A stretch of DNA of 64,000 nt from Dehalococcoidia bacterium. GTDB taxonomy: Bacteria; Chloroflexota; Dehalococcoidia; GIF9; UBA5629. Positions within the stretch are counted from its first letter, which is position 1. Each line of letters begins with the position of its first letter. Below, piece by piece: positions 37,925 to 48,035 of the stretch. The notes under the pieces are model-generated. The model was not told where the DNA came from, ran no database searches, and saw nothing but the letters and a program-made list of their open reading frames with translations. The position numbers and the translations under genes are program-made. The stretch covers positions 256,001-320,000 of the forward strand of contig JBEKIW010000001.1 of assembly GCA_050011565.1 (NCBI GenBank), read 5' to 3'.

Positions 37925-38956
37925 CTATATCTGGTGAATCTCCTTCACCATTTTTATGAAATTGTCAAAGCTCACGGGTCTTGACCTTGCCTCCTTTTTG
38001 CCCAAAGGGTCGGCAATTTGATTGTTTCCGCGAAGAATATCAAGTGTAGCAGCCACAGATAGAGACAAGGCTTCAAGGTTATAGCCACCTTCCAGCATAA
38101 AAACCATGCGCCCTTGACATAACATATCGGCTAAGGTCTTAATAATTTCTGTCAACCTGGCAAAACCTGAGACGCTTAGCTGCATTGACGCCAGGCTGTC
38201 AGCCCAGTGGGCATCGTAACCGGCGGAGACCATGATTAGCTGCGGCTCGAAGCGCTTAGCCACCGGTGCCAGGATATCTTCGAAAACTGTCTGATATTCA
38301 TCGTCACCCCAGCCGGCCAGCAGGGGAACGTTGACGGTAAACCCTTCGCCATCTCTGGCTCCGGTCTCATCGATGCTGCCCGTTCCTGGATAAAACGGGT
38401 ATTCATGCGTGGAGAAATAAAGGACATGCTGGTCAGCATAGAACGTATCTTGTGTGCCATTGCCATGGTGGACATCGAAATCAATAATAAGTATTCGATT
38501 GATATCGAAGTTGGCTAGGGCGTACTTGGCGGCTACAGCTATGTTGTTAAATATACAGAAGCCCATAGCTTGCCAGCATGTAGCATGGTGCCCGGGCGGC
38601 CTGACCAGGGCGAAAGCGCTATTGACCTGTCTGTTCATCACCGCATCAAGCGCTGTCAAAGCACCGCCGGCAGCGTACACGGCCGCATTGTATGAGCCCG
38701 GCGACGTTACGGTATCAGGGTCGAGCCAACCACCGCCTCTTTCCGTTTGGCTTTGAATTCTAGAGATATATTCGGGTGCGTGCACAGCTGCTAATTCATT
38801 AATAGTGGCGGCACGTGGTGACAGCGAGACAAGTTTGTCTTTCAGGTGGGTCTCCTCCAGAAGGGACATGGTGGTTGTCAGCCTTTGGCTGTTCTCGACA
38901 TGCGTCCCGGTATCGTGTTCCAGATAGACCGGGTCGTAAATCAGGCCGACTCTCAT
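37925..38956 (-). CDS. Histone deacetylase family (Zn-dependent) deacetylase
   Basis: RPPGHHA, GFCIFNN, DFDVHHGNGTQ, SAGYDAH and LEGGY motifs. Confidence 0.95.
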   Translation of the reverse strand: MRVGLIYDPVYLEHDTGTHVENSQRLTTTMSLLEETHLKDKLVSLSPRAATINELAAVHAPEYISRIQSQTERGGGWLDPDTVTSPGSYNAAVYAAGGALTALDAVMNRQVNSAFALVRPPGHHATCWQAMGFCIFNNIAVAAKYALANFDINRILIIDFDVHHGNGTQDTFYADQHVLYFSTHEYPFYPGTGSIDETGARDGEGFTVNVPLLAGWGDDEYQTVFEDILAPVAKRFEPQLIMVSAGYDAHWADSLASMQLSVSGFARLTEIIKTLADMLCQGRMVFMLEGGYNLEALSLSVAATLDILRGNNQIADPLGKKEARSRPVSFDNFIKMVKEIHQI

Positions 38957-39111
38957 TGCTATTTTGCCCTTTGAAATTTGCTGGGAAGCAATCTATGAAA
39001 AAGAGCATATCTATGATAGCAAAGCTGGACATAATGGGCAATAGATTGCCTCTCAAGATGACAGAAATATGTGGTTTAACTAATGTACCGGACGAGTAGG
39101 TTCTCTTGCAT

Positions 39112-39948
39112 TTAGGTTGTTTTGCCATTTTTACTCACATAATCAACCAATTCTATCCACGTTTTGAAGGGCATTTTTAAACCCGCAGCGAAAGCTGGTG
39201 TCTGGTTATCGAGCGCCATGTGCGGGCGAAGGAAGTTATAGTGAACGATAAAGCCCTCGGAGATTGTTTTGGCAGTTTCCATTGTCTTTAAGCCTCTCAT
39301 AACTTTTGTTCGTTCCTTAACTGTGCCTTGAAACCTCTCAATAATGTTCGTGTTTATTTCGGCTGTAACTCCCTTAGCCCTGATGTGCTTACTATCTGCA
39401 CCGAAAACCTGCTCAATGGCGTCAGGGTAAGCTCCCATGCCGTCTGAGACAATGTAGCTCGGCGTACCTATAACTCGGTCTCTGGCTTCGCTGAGTATCG
39501 CTATGGCTGACCGCATGTTCCGAGTTTGGGTTAAATGAGTAGCCAGTAAGAAGCGAGTTCTCGCCTCAATGACATCCCACAGCCAGACATTCCTACCCGC
39601 TACCTTAATCATGGTTTCATCGATAATCCAACGCCAAGATGTCTTTATCTTGGTTTTCTCGGTTATCCCTTGTGCTAGTGTGGAGAATTTGATTACCCAG
39701 CGCCAGACTGTCACGGGGTCTGCTTTTATACCCTCGGTAACCAGTAAATGACGGCTGATGTCGGCTAGAGATAGCCCATCGTAGAATAAGCCCATTGATT
39801 CACCTACTGTAGCTGCATTGAAGCGCATACCTTCAAGTGCCAGACGGCCTGAGAATTTACGATGGCAGTTATTGCACTTGTAGTACTGAAAGCCAGCCTT
39901 AGAGCCGTATTTCATGGTGCGGGGTGAATTACAGAATTTGCAGTTCAT
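39112..39948 (-). CDS. IS6-family DDE transposase with N-terminal Zn ribbon
   Basis: CxxC...CxxC; TVWRWV; W.IDET.IKV; IVSDG..AY; NIIERFQGTVK; YNFLRPH. Confidence 0.9.
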   Translation of the reverse strand: MNCKFCNSPRTMKYGSKAGFQYYKCNNCHRKFSGRLALEGMRFNAATVGESMGLFYDGLSLADISRHLLVTEGIKADPVTVWRWVIKFSTLAQGITEKTKIKTSWRWIIDETMIKVAGRNVWLWDVIEARTRFLLATHLTQTRNMRSAIAILSEARDRVIGTPSYIVSDGMGAYPDAIEQVFGADSKHIRAKGVTAEINTNIIERFQGTVKERTKVMRGLKTMETAKTISEGFIVHYNFLRPHMALDNQTPAFAAGLKMPFKTWIELVDYVSKNGKTT

Positions 39949-40553
39949 GCCGTTATATTGGGTTTACCATCCTTAATATATTTGGCAAATACTCTCTGAT
40001 AAAGTATTTCACCATCCTCCTCTATTATTCGAAGTGTCATCTTCCAATCACCTATTAAATCAATGTCCCATACGGTATCTAAAGGCTGCAAATTGTCCGT
40101 CATTCCCTTACGGTACATCACAGCAATGGTTTTCGGGTATTCACTCGAAAATAAAGAAAACATGGTATTTCTATCATCAATGTTTGATGTGACTTCATAG
40201 ACATTCCCCGTAACAATAGCTCTATTATTTTCAAATACAGCCTTTGCAAATAGTTTTAAAGATAATTTCCCTAACCCAGGCAACCAGTGACCGATTTTAG
40301 TTTTTACATCAAATGTCCAAAATGACTGTTGCCGATTATTAGCTTTTGGGTTAACATTCGGCGTCACTTTTATATTCCTGCGCATTCGCTTTAATGCATG
40401 GTTGCGTATTAAAACACCCGCCCAATTAGCTGCCATGCTCGACCCCCAGCCAAGAATAAAAGCCGCAATTAACGAAAACCAGGGCATAATATGCCTCCAC
40501 CCACGTGCAGCACCTACTAATAGACCGCTGACCATATATACAGTTTCTCTCAT
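39945..40553 (-). CDS. Hypothetical membrane-anchored passenger protein
   Basis: AT-rich ORF with GGAGGAGG RBS before the ATG at 40553; N-terminal hydrophobic helix; ATGA overlap with the transposase. Confidence 0.65.
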   Translation of the reverse strand: MRETVYMVSGLLVGAARGWRHIMPWFSLIAAFILGWGSSMAANWAGVLIRNHALKRMRRNIKVTPNVNPKANNRQQSFWTFDVKTKIGHWLPGLGKLSLKLFAKAVFENNRAIVTGNVYEVTSNIDDRNTMFSLFSSEYPKTIAVMYRKGMTDNLQPLDTVWDIDLIGDWKMTLRIIEEDGEILYQRVFAKYIKDGKPNITA

Positions 40554-40725
40554 TTTGTACCTCCTCCGCCCCACCATACCACCGCCTAAATTTATTCACA
40601 ACCCCCTCCGCAAGAGAACCCACGAGTAAGTAATCTTGAACAAGCAGTAAAAATAGCATATAATAACCTCGTATAACTAGGCATTTTCCCGGATAACCAA
40701 GCGCTCTGGACTACAGGAGGCATTT

Positions 40726-41559
40726 ATGGTCAAACTGGTTACTGATAGCGCGTCTGATTTACCACCTGAAGTTGTGAAAGAGCTGGAAATTACAGTGGTT
40801 CCGTTGCATATTCAATTCGGCAGCGAGACCTATAAAGATAGGGTTGATCTGAGTCCTGAGAAATTTTACGATAAGCTGGAGCACAGTTCTGTGCTGCCTA
40901 CTACCGCCGCACCCAGCCCAGGCATGTTTTCTGAAGTCTTTGATGATTTGGCTACAAAGTACAGCCAGATTCTAGGCGTGTTTGTATCTCGCAAGTTGAG
41001 TGCCACCTATGACGCGGCACTACAGGGTATCAAGCTAATGAAAAGAAAATGCGAGGTTGAGGTTGCTGATTCCACGCTCGGCATAATGGGGGAAGGATTA
41101 TTGGTTATGGAGGCGGCTAAAAAAGCGATAGCCGGAGCCAGCCTCAACGAACTAATAAATTTAATATCAGATACTATCCCTCGAATACATGTCCGGGTGA
41201 CTCTCGATACGCTGGAATATTTAGCCAGGGGAGGTCGTATCGGCAGGGTGCAGGCTTTCCTGGGTGCCATGCTCAGGATGAATCCGATAATCGGCTTAAA
41301 AGACGGTGTGGCTTTTCCTGCTGCCAGGGTGCGTTCCAGAGCCAAGGCTACCGAATGGCTTTTTGAGTTTGCAGAGAAGTTCAGCAAGGTGAAAGCGCTG
41401 GCTGTAGAGTACGGAACTAACGTGGATGAGGCAAAGACTTTTGCCAGGCGCATGGCTTCCGTATTTCCAAAAGCCTCAATCTATTTGTCGAATGTTAGTC
41501 CTGTCATTGGCACGCATACCGGCCCCAATCTTTTAAGTGTGACTGTCCTGGAAGGGTAG
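40726..41559 (+). CDS. DegV family fatty-acid-binding protein
   Basis: VTDSASDLP, PTTAAPSPG, SRKLSATY, TLEYLARGGRIG and VIGTHTGP motifs. Confidence 0.95.
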   Translation: MVKLVTDSASDLPPEVVKELEITVVPLHIQFGSETYKDRVDLSPEKFYDKLEHSSVLPTTAAPSPGMFSEVFDDLATKYSQILGVFVSRKLSATYDAALQGIKLMKRKCEVEVADSTLGIMGEGLLVMEAAKKAIAGASLNELINLISDTIPRIHVRVTLDTLEYLARGGRIGRVQAFLGAMLRMNPIIGLKDGVAFPAARVRSRAKATEWLFEFAEKFSKVKALAVEYGTNVDEAKTFARRMASVFPKASIYLSNVSPVIGTHTGPNLLSVTVLEG

Positions 41560-41659
41560 TAGTTGGCTACGAGTTTCTTTGCCATGTTTCCAGAATTTGT
41601 AATCCTTAGGAAATCGCACCCTCATTTGGTTTCTCACTCATATGCTTGCCCTATTCGGT

Positions 41660-41983
41660 TTAAGCGGGAACTTTATTACGGATTTGCTTAACTTTTGTTC
41701 GTGCCTCGATAGAAATATCTAAGTCAAGAGCATTTGCAACTTTAAAAAACGTACTCAGACTGATATTGCAATCACCCTTTTCCAATCTAGATATGGCTGG
41801 TTGTTTTGTTCCAATAAGATCTGCAAGTTGTTTTTGACTAATACGCAATTGATTTCTGCGTTCTATCAAACTTCGTATCATGTCATATTTAGGACGCAAG
41901 GCCTCGTACGCTTTGCTAATTCCTGGTCTTTCAAGTAATTCTGCCTCAAAGTCTTCATATCTTGTGCCTTTTTTGTTCGCCAT
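41660..41983 (-). CDS. XRE-family HTH antitoxin (HigA-like)
   Basis: ISQKQLADLIGTKQPAISRLEKG HTH; downstream of a RelE-like gene. Confidence 0.85.
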   Translation of the reverse strand: MANKKGTRYEDFEAELLERPGISKAYEALRPKYDMIRSLIERRNQLRISQKQLADLIGTKQPAISRLEKGDCNISLSTFFKVANALDLDISIEARTKVKQIRNKVPA

Positions 41984-42060
41984 TGTTGTACCTTTCTATT
42001 TAACGTTTAATAACATTATATAACATTACATATTATATTATAACACATATGTTATATATG

Positions 42061-42408
42061 TCAAGACCTTAATTTATGATTTTTCATTCTTTGTGTTGCT
42101 ATCTTTTTATCGCCTTCTGGTATTTTGTTCCCCTTTTTCATAATAGCATGCAATAATACAAACGTGCGTCCTGTGTGAGCAAAGAAAAAAATACGATATA
42201 TATCCGAACTGTGTTTGATTCTAATTTCCCTAATACCGGATTTATCCACTTTGGTTACATAAGGACTTCCCAGCATAATGTTGAATTGTCTCAATAACTT
42301 GAATACATGTAAAATTTCTGCTATCGCCCCATCAGATTGCCCTAAAATGGAATCTTTTACAGGCTCGCTACCATCATCATCAATATAGAATACAACCTGC
42401 CAATCCAT
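42061..42408 (-). CDS. RelE/ParE-superfamily toxin (Gp49/DUF891, HigB-like)
   Basis: W.VVFY....GSEPV...REIRI.....YRIFF......FVLLHA..KK..K.P pattern; toxin-first gene order. Confidence 0.85.
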   Translation of the reverse strand: MDWQVVFYIDDDGSEPVKDSILGQSDGAIAEILHVFKLLRQFNIMLGSPYVTKVDKSGIREIRIKHSSDIYRIFFFAHTGRTFVLLHAIMKKGNKIPEGDKKIATQRMKNHKLRS

Positions 42409-42530
42409 ATGTGTGCATTATACAATATCATGTTTTAAAGTTGAATATAACCTTATGTCCAAATTGGCCCACTACCCAGCGATTGTTAGGGATGGGACCT
42501 CGTGATATACTGGGGCAATCATGGAGAAAT

Positions 42531-43733
42531 ATGTCGCTGGACCTGTCTAAATTAGTCGGTCAGATTGTAGATTTAGCCGCCAGCTTGAAGTCGAAGGCGG
42601 GGGAAAAACAGGCTAAGCTTGAATTCGCCTTGAAGACTTTTAAGTCTTGTGCTGCTGATATTAACGGTTTAAAACAGAAGGTTGAGGCGGGCAAGACCAC
42701 CTGGCTGGTAGCCGGTCTAAAGGAAAGTATCGACCTCGCGCAGACGGCGCCAGGCTGCCCCGGTGATTTTATAATTTTGGCCAGCGATGGTTCTCACATC
42801 GATGTTGACCGCCACCAGTCGGCTCACTGCTTTCTTATCAACATCGGCGTGGCCCAGCTGCAGTACGGTCCAAATCCTGATGCTCAGCTCTTGAACTTTC
42901 CATCCCTGTATTTCAAAGATGGAGAGGTGGCTATTACCTCCGCCGACGGCCGCCAGATGCCGATAGAGGGGCAGCTTCTGGGTATAAAGCGCGGTATAGA
43001 GGAATGCCGCTGGCTGGCTGAGCGGATAAAGGAATTGGATGCAGATTTACCTTTGGTGGCGCTGCTTGACGGCTCCCTGATTTTGTGGCGCCTGGCTGAG
43101 CAGGTCTACCCCGATTTTGTTATCCGTGAGCTTTTGATAGACGGCTTTTTAAAATACTTTAGCCAGTTAAAAGAGCTTAACCGGCGTCGGCAGCTGGCTG
43201 TAGCCAGTTATATCAGTTTTCCCCGCAGCACCGAGGTGGTTAATCTGCTGCGTCTGGCTATCTGTCCGCACCAACAGGTAGACTGCGACCGCTATTGCTC
43301 GGGCAAGTTTGAAGGCAGAGAATGTGATGTTGTGGGCGGCTTGCTCGACCGTGACCTTTTTGCCCGGCTGTTAGCCCCCGGGCAGCGGTCGGCCTTATTT
43401 AGCAGCCGCTCTTCAGTCGTTGTTAAATACTACGGAGCTAATGAGATCAACTTTTTCTACGTCAGGCTAGATGGGGAAGTAGCCCGAGTAGAAGTTCCGC
43501 TATGGGTAGCTGAAAATGAGAAACTGGTTGAGCTGATTCATTCCACAATTTTAGACCAATGCCGGCGAGGATTAGGTTACCCGGTTGCACTGAGCGAAGC
43601 GCATGAGCAAGCGGTGGTGAACGCTGCTGACCGGGAGCAGTTCTGGGAACTGGTGAACCAGATTCTTGTTGAGGATGGAATTTTTCTGGAGAGCTCGGCT
43701 AAGAGTGAAAGCAAGAGAGCGAGATGGATATAA
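42531..43733 (+). CDS. nurA: NurA-family nuclease
   Basis: ASDGSHI, LLDGSL and GYPVALSEAHEQAVV motifs; start placed at the ATG at 42531. Confidence 0.88.
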   Translation: MSLDLSKLVGQIVDLAASLKSKAGEKQAKLEFALKTFKSCAADINGLKQKVEAGKTTWLVAGLKESIDLAQTAPGCPGDFIILASDGSHIDVDRHQSAHCFLINIGVAQLQYGPNPDAQLLNFPSLYFKDGEVAITSADGRQMPIEGQLLGIKRGIEECRWLAERIKELDADLPLVALLDGSLILWRLAEQVYPDFVIRELLIDGFLKYFSQLKELNRRRQLAVASYISFPRSTEVVNLLRLAICPHQQVDCDRYCSGKFEGRECDVVGGLLDRDLFARLLAPGQRSALFSSRSSVVVKYYGANEINFFYVRLDGEVARVEVPLWVAENEKLVELIHSTILDQCRRGLGYPVALSEAHEQAVVNAADREQFWELVNQILVEDGIFLESSAKSESKRARWI

Positions 43734-43767
43734 AGAAAAATAAAAAGTTAAAAACCAAAGGTAAAAA

Positions 43768-44358
43768 ATGGATAAGGTGAGTAAAATAGGGGAGGTTGTT
43801 GAGGCCGGCAGCGCCGAGTTTATAGCTCAATGTTATAAGCTCAACCAGGCGCCGCCTCTGGGCAGTCTGGTGAAAACGCAGGACAAGCTTATTGAAATCT
43901 ATGGCGTTGTCTATAATGTAGAGACTCACAGCCTTGAGCCGGGGCGGCGTGTGGTGGCTAGAGGCGAGAATCTGGAGGCGGAGGAGGAGATTTTTGCGGC
44001 CAATCCGCAGCTATCCAGGCTTTTAACAACGGATTTCAGAGTCCTGATAGTAGGGCATGTCGAAGGGAAAAGCTGGCATCACTATCTGCCGCCGAAATCT
44101 GCTTCCATTCATAGCTTTGTCTAGACCTGTCGGCTTGAAGAAGTCAGGGCGTTTACGCAGTCATTAGATTTTCTCAGTTTGATTGTGAATGCTAGAATAC
44201 CTGTCCCGGTTGATGAGGTCGCCGGTGCTTGTCTTCGTTACGCCAGCCGGGCCCATGGTGACCCCAATGCTTTTCTGGTCAAAGCCGGTAAAGAGCTGGC
44301 CCGTATGCTGAGCCGCGATGTCAATAGATTGAATTCGCTTCTAAAGAGGCTTAAGTAA
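43768..44358 (+). pseudogene. HAS-barrel-like protein of the nurA-herA operon interrupted by one in-frame TAG (44122-44124)
   Basis: The frame stays open for 77 codons after the TAG and ends at TAA 44356-44358, overlapping the herA ATG. Confidence 0.75.
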
Positions 44359-45989
44359 TGACAGACCAAAGCTCCGAAGAGCAGACCCGTTTAGGCGTTG
44401 TGGTTTCCGGTTCCCTTACCCGGGGTGTGGAGGTCAGGCTTGATGCACCGGTTTCAGTAGAGGACATGGCAGTGGGTCGGTACGTGGCCATCGAAGGGGC
44501 AAAGCACCGTTTCTTCGGCATGATTACCGATGTCAGCCTGGAGACTATCGACCCGAGTGTAGCCATAACACCGCCTGATATCTCCGACCCATTTATTGCT
44601 CAGGTAGTCACCGGCACCACTACTTACGGTAAGCTTCGGGTGTTGCCCATGTTGACGATAGGTGGTGATGCCGCCAGCATACTTGAGGGGCCTCAACCGG
44701 CGAAGACGGTGCCGGCACATTTCTCGGCAGTGAAGCTGGCTTCCCAGCGTGATGTTGAGATAGTTTTCGGTGCTGAAGATGAAAAGCGGTTTTATGTAGG
44801 AACACCGTTGGATATGGAGACCAAGGTCTGCCTTGATATCCCGGAATTTGTTAAGCGTTCCAATGGAGTTTTCGGCAAGAGCGGTACGGGCAAGACCTTT
44901 CTTACCCGTTTGCTACTTATTGGTATGCTGCAAAAAAATGCAGCGGTCAGCCTGGTCTTCGACATGCACAGCGAGTATGGTTGGGAAGGTAAAACAGAGA
45001 AAGGTTACAAAGTAAAGGGTTTAAAGCAACTATTTCCGTCGAAAGTGGCAATTTTTACTTTGGATGAGGAAAGCTCTAAACGCAGAAGAGTTAGCACCGA
45101 TGTCGTGGTCAGGATAGGTTATGACGAAATCGAGCCTGAAGACATTGAATTACTCCGGCAGACGCTGAACCTTACCGAAGTTTCGGCTCAAACGGTCTAT
45201 CAACTGGCGCGGGAGTTCGGCGATAGAAAATGGCTGGAGACCGTGCTGAATTTGAACGAAGAAGACGGTAAGCAATTAATTTCCAGACTGAATATTCATG
45301 ACAGCACCTATCGTAATTTACGGCGCGGACTGGAGAACTTGCGGCGTTTTTCTTTTTTGGTACCACGTGCACGCGAAAATTCAGTCCAGCGCATACTGGA
45401 ATATTTAGACAGGGGCATAAATGTAATACTTGAATTCGGCAGATTTGATGACTTTGCTGCTTATATTCTGGTGGCTAATCTACTGAGCCGGAGAATACAT
45501 GCAAAATATCGGGAGAACGCAGAGCGGGAAATGGGTGGAGAGGTGGCGCCGTCCCACCCTCTGGTTATCACTATTGAAGAAGCCCATCGCTTTCTTAATC
45601 CTGAATTTTCATCTCAAACCATCTTCGGCAGAATCGCCCGGGAGATGAGGAAATACAATGTTACTTTGCTCGTAATCGACCAGCGCCCCAGCGGTATAGA
45701 CGGCGAAATCATGTCGCAATTAGGAACGAAGATAACCTGCCTTCTGGATGATGAGCGGGACCTCGACAGCGTGCTCACAGGTACGTCGGGCAAAAGCGAG
45801 TTAAAATCGGTATTATCCAAGTTGGAGACCAAGCAACAGGCGCTTATCTTCGGCCACGCTGTACCTATGCCGGTGGTTATTAAGACTCGAGAGTATGGCA
45901 CTGCCGAGTCTTACAAAGAGCTTGGTTTTCTTGAAGCCGCCGAGCTGAAAAAGAAAACAGAAAAAGATATGGAAGATTTATGGGAATAA
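44358..45989 (+). CDS. herA: HerA-family ATPase/DNA translocase
   Basis: N-terminal HAS barrel; GKSGTGKT, FDMHSEYG, IEEAHRF, IAREMRKY and DQRPS motifs. Confidence 0.9.
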   Translation: MTDQSSEEQTRLGVVVSGSLTRGVEVRLDAPVSVEDMAVGRYVAIEGAKHRFFGMITDVSLETIDPSVAITPPDISDPFIAQVVTGTTTYGKLRVLPMLTIGGDAASILEGPQPAKTVPAHFSAVKLASQRDVEIVFGAEDEKRFYVGTPLDMETKVCLDIPEFVKRSNGVFGKSGTGKTFLTRLLLIGMLQKNAAVSLVFDMHSEYGWEGKTEKGYKVKGLKQLFPSKVAIFTLDEESSKRRRVSTDVVVRIGYDEIEPEDIELLRQTLNLTEVSAQTVYQLAREFGDRKWLETVLNLNEEDGKQLISRLNIHDSTYRNLRRGLENLRRFSFLVPRARENSVQRILEYLDRGINVILEFGRFDDFAAYILVANLLSRRIHAKYRENAEREMGGEVAPSHPLVITIEEAHRFLNPEFSSQTIFGRIAREMRKYNVTLLVIDQRPSGIDGEIMSQLGTKITCLLDDERDLDSVLTGTSGKSELKSVLSKLETKQQALIFGHAVPMPVVIKTREYGTAESYKELGFLEAAELKKKTEKDMEDLWE

Positions 45990-45999
45990 AGGAATTTGC

Positions 46000-46434
46000 C
46001 TAGGTGCGTGGGGCCGGCCCTCTGCCAATCTTCATTTGACCCCTGTAATACAGCGAATAGATTTGGTCTATCATCTGATTCCAGGCTTTTTCACCCTTAT
46101 GCTTTCGTAGAGCCAAGCTATAGACTTTGATGTTGTGAGGCAAACTTTCTGCCCTGTCAGAGCAAGGCAAAAGTTTGGAGCAGGGAAATTCCGAACAGTC
46201 ACAACAGAAGTCCACGCCTTTCTCTTGGGCGCAGACAAAAGTGGCACACTGTTCGCCTATGACAGGGCAGTGGCCCTCGACGCCTCGGCATCCCGGGCAC
46301 GTAGCTTTTTCCGGAGGGATATTCATACGTTGTGCCAGAGTGTCTCTCAATTTCTCATCTGACAACGCTTTATACAACGGACACATGCCGCAGTGAATCC
46401 CGCACGGTGCTGCCAGTCCAGCTTGTTCAGTCAT
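46000..46434 (-). CDS. DUF3795-like Cys-rich protein
   Basis: APCGIHCGMCP...CPGCR...C....CA.EKGVDFCCDC.EFPC pattern. Confidence 0.8.
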   Translation of the reverse strand: MTEQAGLAAPCGIHCGMCPLYKALSDEKLRDTLAQRMNIPPEKATCPGCRGVEGHCPVIGEQCATFVCAQEKGVDFCCDCSEFPCSKLLPCSDRAESLPHNIKVYSLALRKHKGEKAWNQMIDQIYSLYYRGQMKIGRGPAPRT

Positions 46435-48022
46435 TTACAATTACCTCCTTCAATGTGGGAATACCCTGAATGTCCAGTTTGTAGTTCTTGACATAAGGTT
46501 TTACCAGAAGATAAGTCTTTCCGAACCACAGAGGCAGGCAGGCGGCTTCGTCTACTATTTTTTGCTCTGCTTGCTGGTACAGGGAAAATCTAGTGGTCTC
46601 ATTCTGTTCGATGCCGGCCTGGTCAAGCAAAGCGTCTACCTGCGGGTTGCTGTAATTACCGGTGTTATATTCGGCACCGGTGTGGAATAGTATATCCAGG
46701 AAGTTCTGCGGGTCGGGATAGTCAGCAATCCAACCGCTGACATACATCTGGTCCGCCTCTTGTCTTAAGAAATAGGAGAATATCTCCGGCTCAAGCTGCC
46801 TAACGCTTACTTCGACACCAAGGTTTTCCCGCCAGTCCTGGAGTATGGCTCCTAAATATTCCGGTATATTACCGCCTAATCCCGAGTCGGTCAGCGTGAT
46901 AGGTGGCAGATTGGAAACACTGCCGTATTTTGAACTGGCGATCAGGCTTTTAGCCCTGGCTACATCATAGGTAAGGCCTTGTAGTTTCTCGTTATAGCCG
47001 GGCATGCTCGGTGGCAGTATGCCGTCAGCTTTGGTCATCACGTCTTTGATGATTATCTTGATGATTCGCTCTTTGTTCACTGCGCAGCAAAAAGCGCGCC
47101 GGATATTGACATCATCAAAGGGGGGCTTCTGCGTATTGAAACCTATGTAAAAGAAACTCAACTCGGGGAATGTGGTTAATTCACTGTAAAACGGACCGCG
47201 TTTATCCGTTGCCCTCTCTATATTATACTCATCGACTTGAGCCACATCGATTTCGCCCATTTCATACAATGACACAGGAATACCGGCAAGGAGATGAAAA
47301 ACTACCTTGACAGTAGCCGGTTGATTATAATAAAACTCATTCGGCTCCAACACTAACGTGTCATCCTTTTTCCATTCCATAAGCTTGAATGGGCCGGTCC
47401 CGTTTGGCTTCATCCACCAGTCTTTGCCAGATTCCACATTAGCTTTATCGACAACAAACGCGGTAGGGTAGGTCAGCTTGGCCAGAAAATAGACCTTGGG
47501 TGCATCGATGGTGACCTTCAACGTGTAGTCATCGATAACCTCGACGCCGCTGATTGCCGTAGCTTTGCCCGCCAACATATCTTTCACCCCGATGATATCG
47601 CCTAAATAAGTAGCTGCTGTCTGTGAGTTGGTTTCAGGAAGGCAGGCCCTTTCCCATGAATATTTAAAGTCGCGCGCCGTAACCTCCTTACCATCCTGGA
47701 ACTTTATTCCCTGGCGCAAGTAAAAAGTGTAAGTCTGGCCGCCATTGCTTATTTGCCACCTTTCAGCGATGTCAGGCACAGGTTCTGCCTCAGCACCGAG
47801 ACGGGCTAGGCCGCTGAAGATTTGCATAACATAGGTTTGTGAAGTTGCCTCACTGGATATTGCAGGGTCAAGGGTTATCGGGCCGCTATCCCAGAGGTTG
47901 AGAGCTCCCTTTTCTCGAATAGATGTTGGTGTTGTCCCTGGCTGGCATTTAATGACAAAGGGCAAGGCAACAAGAAAACAAATAATAGCGCCGAGCAGTG
48001 TAAAATACCATATCTTTTTCAT
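46427..48022 (-). CDS. Peptide/nickel ABC transporter substrate-binding protein (family 5)
   Basis: TLDP, YTFYLRQGIKFQDG, PNGTGPFKL, PPFDDVNIRRA and GWIADYPDP motifs. Confidence 0.92.
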   Translation of the reverse strand: MKKIWYFTLLGAIICFLVALPFVIKCQPGTTPTSIREKGALNLWDSGPITLDPAISSEATSQTYVMQIFSGLARLGAEAEPVPDIAERWQISNGGQTYTFYLRQGIKFQDGKEVTARDFKYSWERACLPETNSQTAATYLGDIIGVKDMLAGKATAISGVEVIDDYTLKVTIDAPKVYFLAKLTYPTAFVVDKANVESGKDWWMKPNGTGPFKLMEWKKDDTLVLEPNEFYYNQPATVKVVFHLLAGIPVSLYEMGEIDVAQVDEYNIERATDKRGPFYSELTTFPELSFFYIGFNTQKPPFDDVNIRRAFCCAVNKERIIKIIIKDVMTKADGILPPSMPGYNEKLQGLTYDVARAKSLIASSKYGSVSNLPPITLTDSGLGGNIPEYLGAILQDWRENLGVEVSVRQLEPEIFSYFLRQEADQMYVSGWIADYPDPQNFLDILFHTGAEYNTGNYSNPQVDALLDQAGIEQNETTRFSLYQQAEQKIVDEAACLPLWFGKTYLLVKPYVKNYKLDIQGIPTLKEVIVND

Positions 48023-48035
48023 TGGTCTTTGAGCC

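Larger units (their letters stand above)
39099..40620 (-). mobile_element. IS6-family insertion sequence carrying a passenger gene (1522 bp)
   Basis: 11-bp perfect terminal IRs GGTTCTCTTGC (39099-39109) and GCAAGAGAACC (40610-40620); flanking GACGAGTA/CACGAGTA 8-bp near-identical direct repeats; DDE transposase inside. Confidence 0.85.

Noticed and set aside
44122-44124. Genome-wide TAG reassignment
   Set aside because: Several genes in the window (e.g. udg, atpA, atpG) end normally at TAG.
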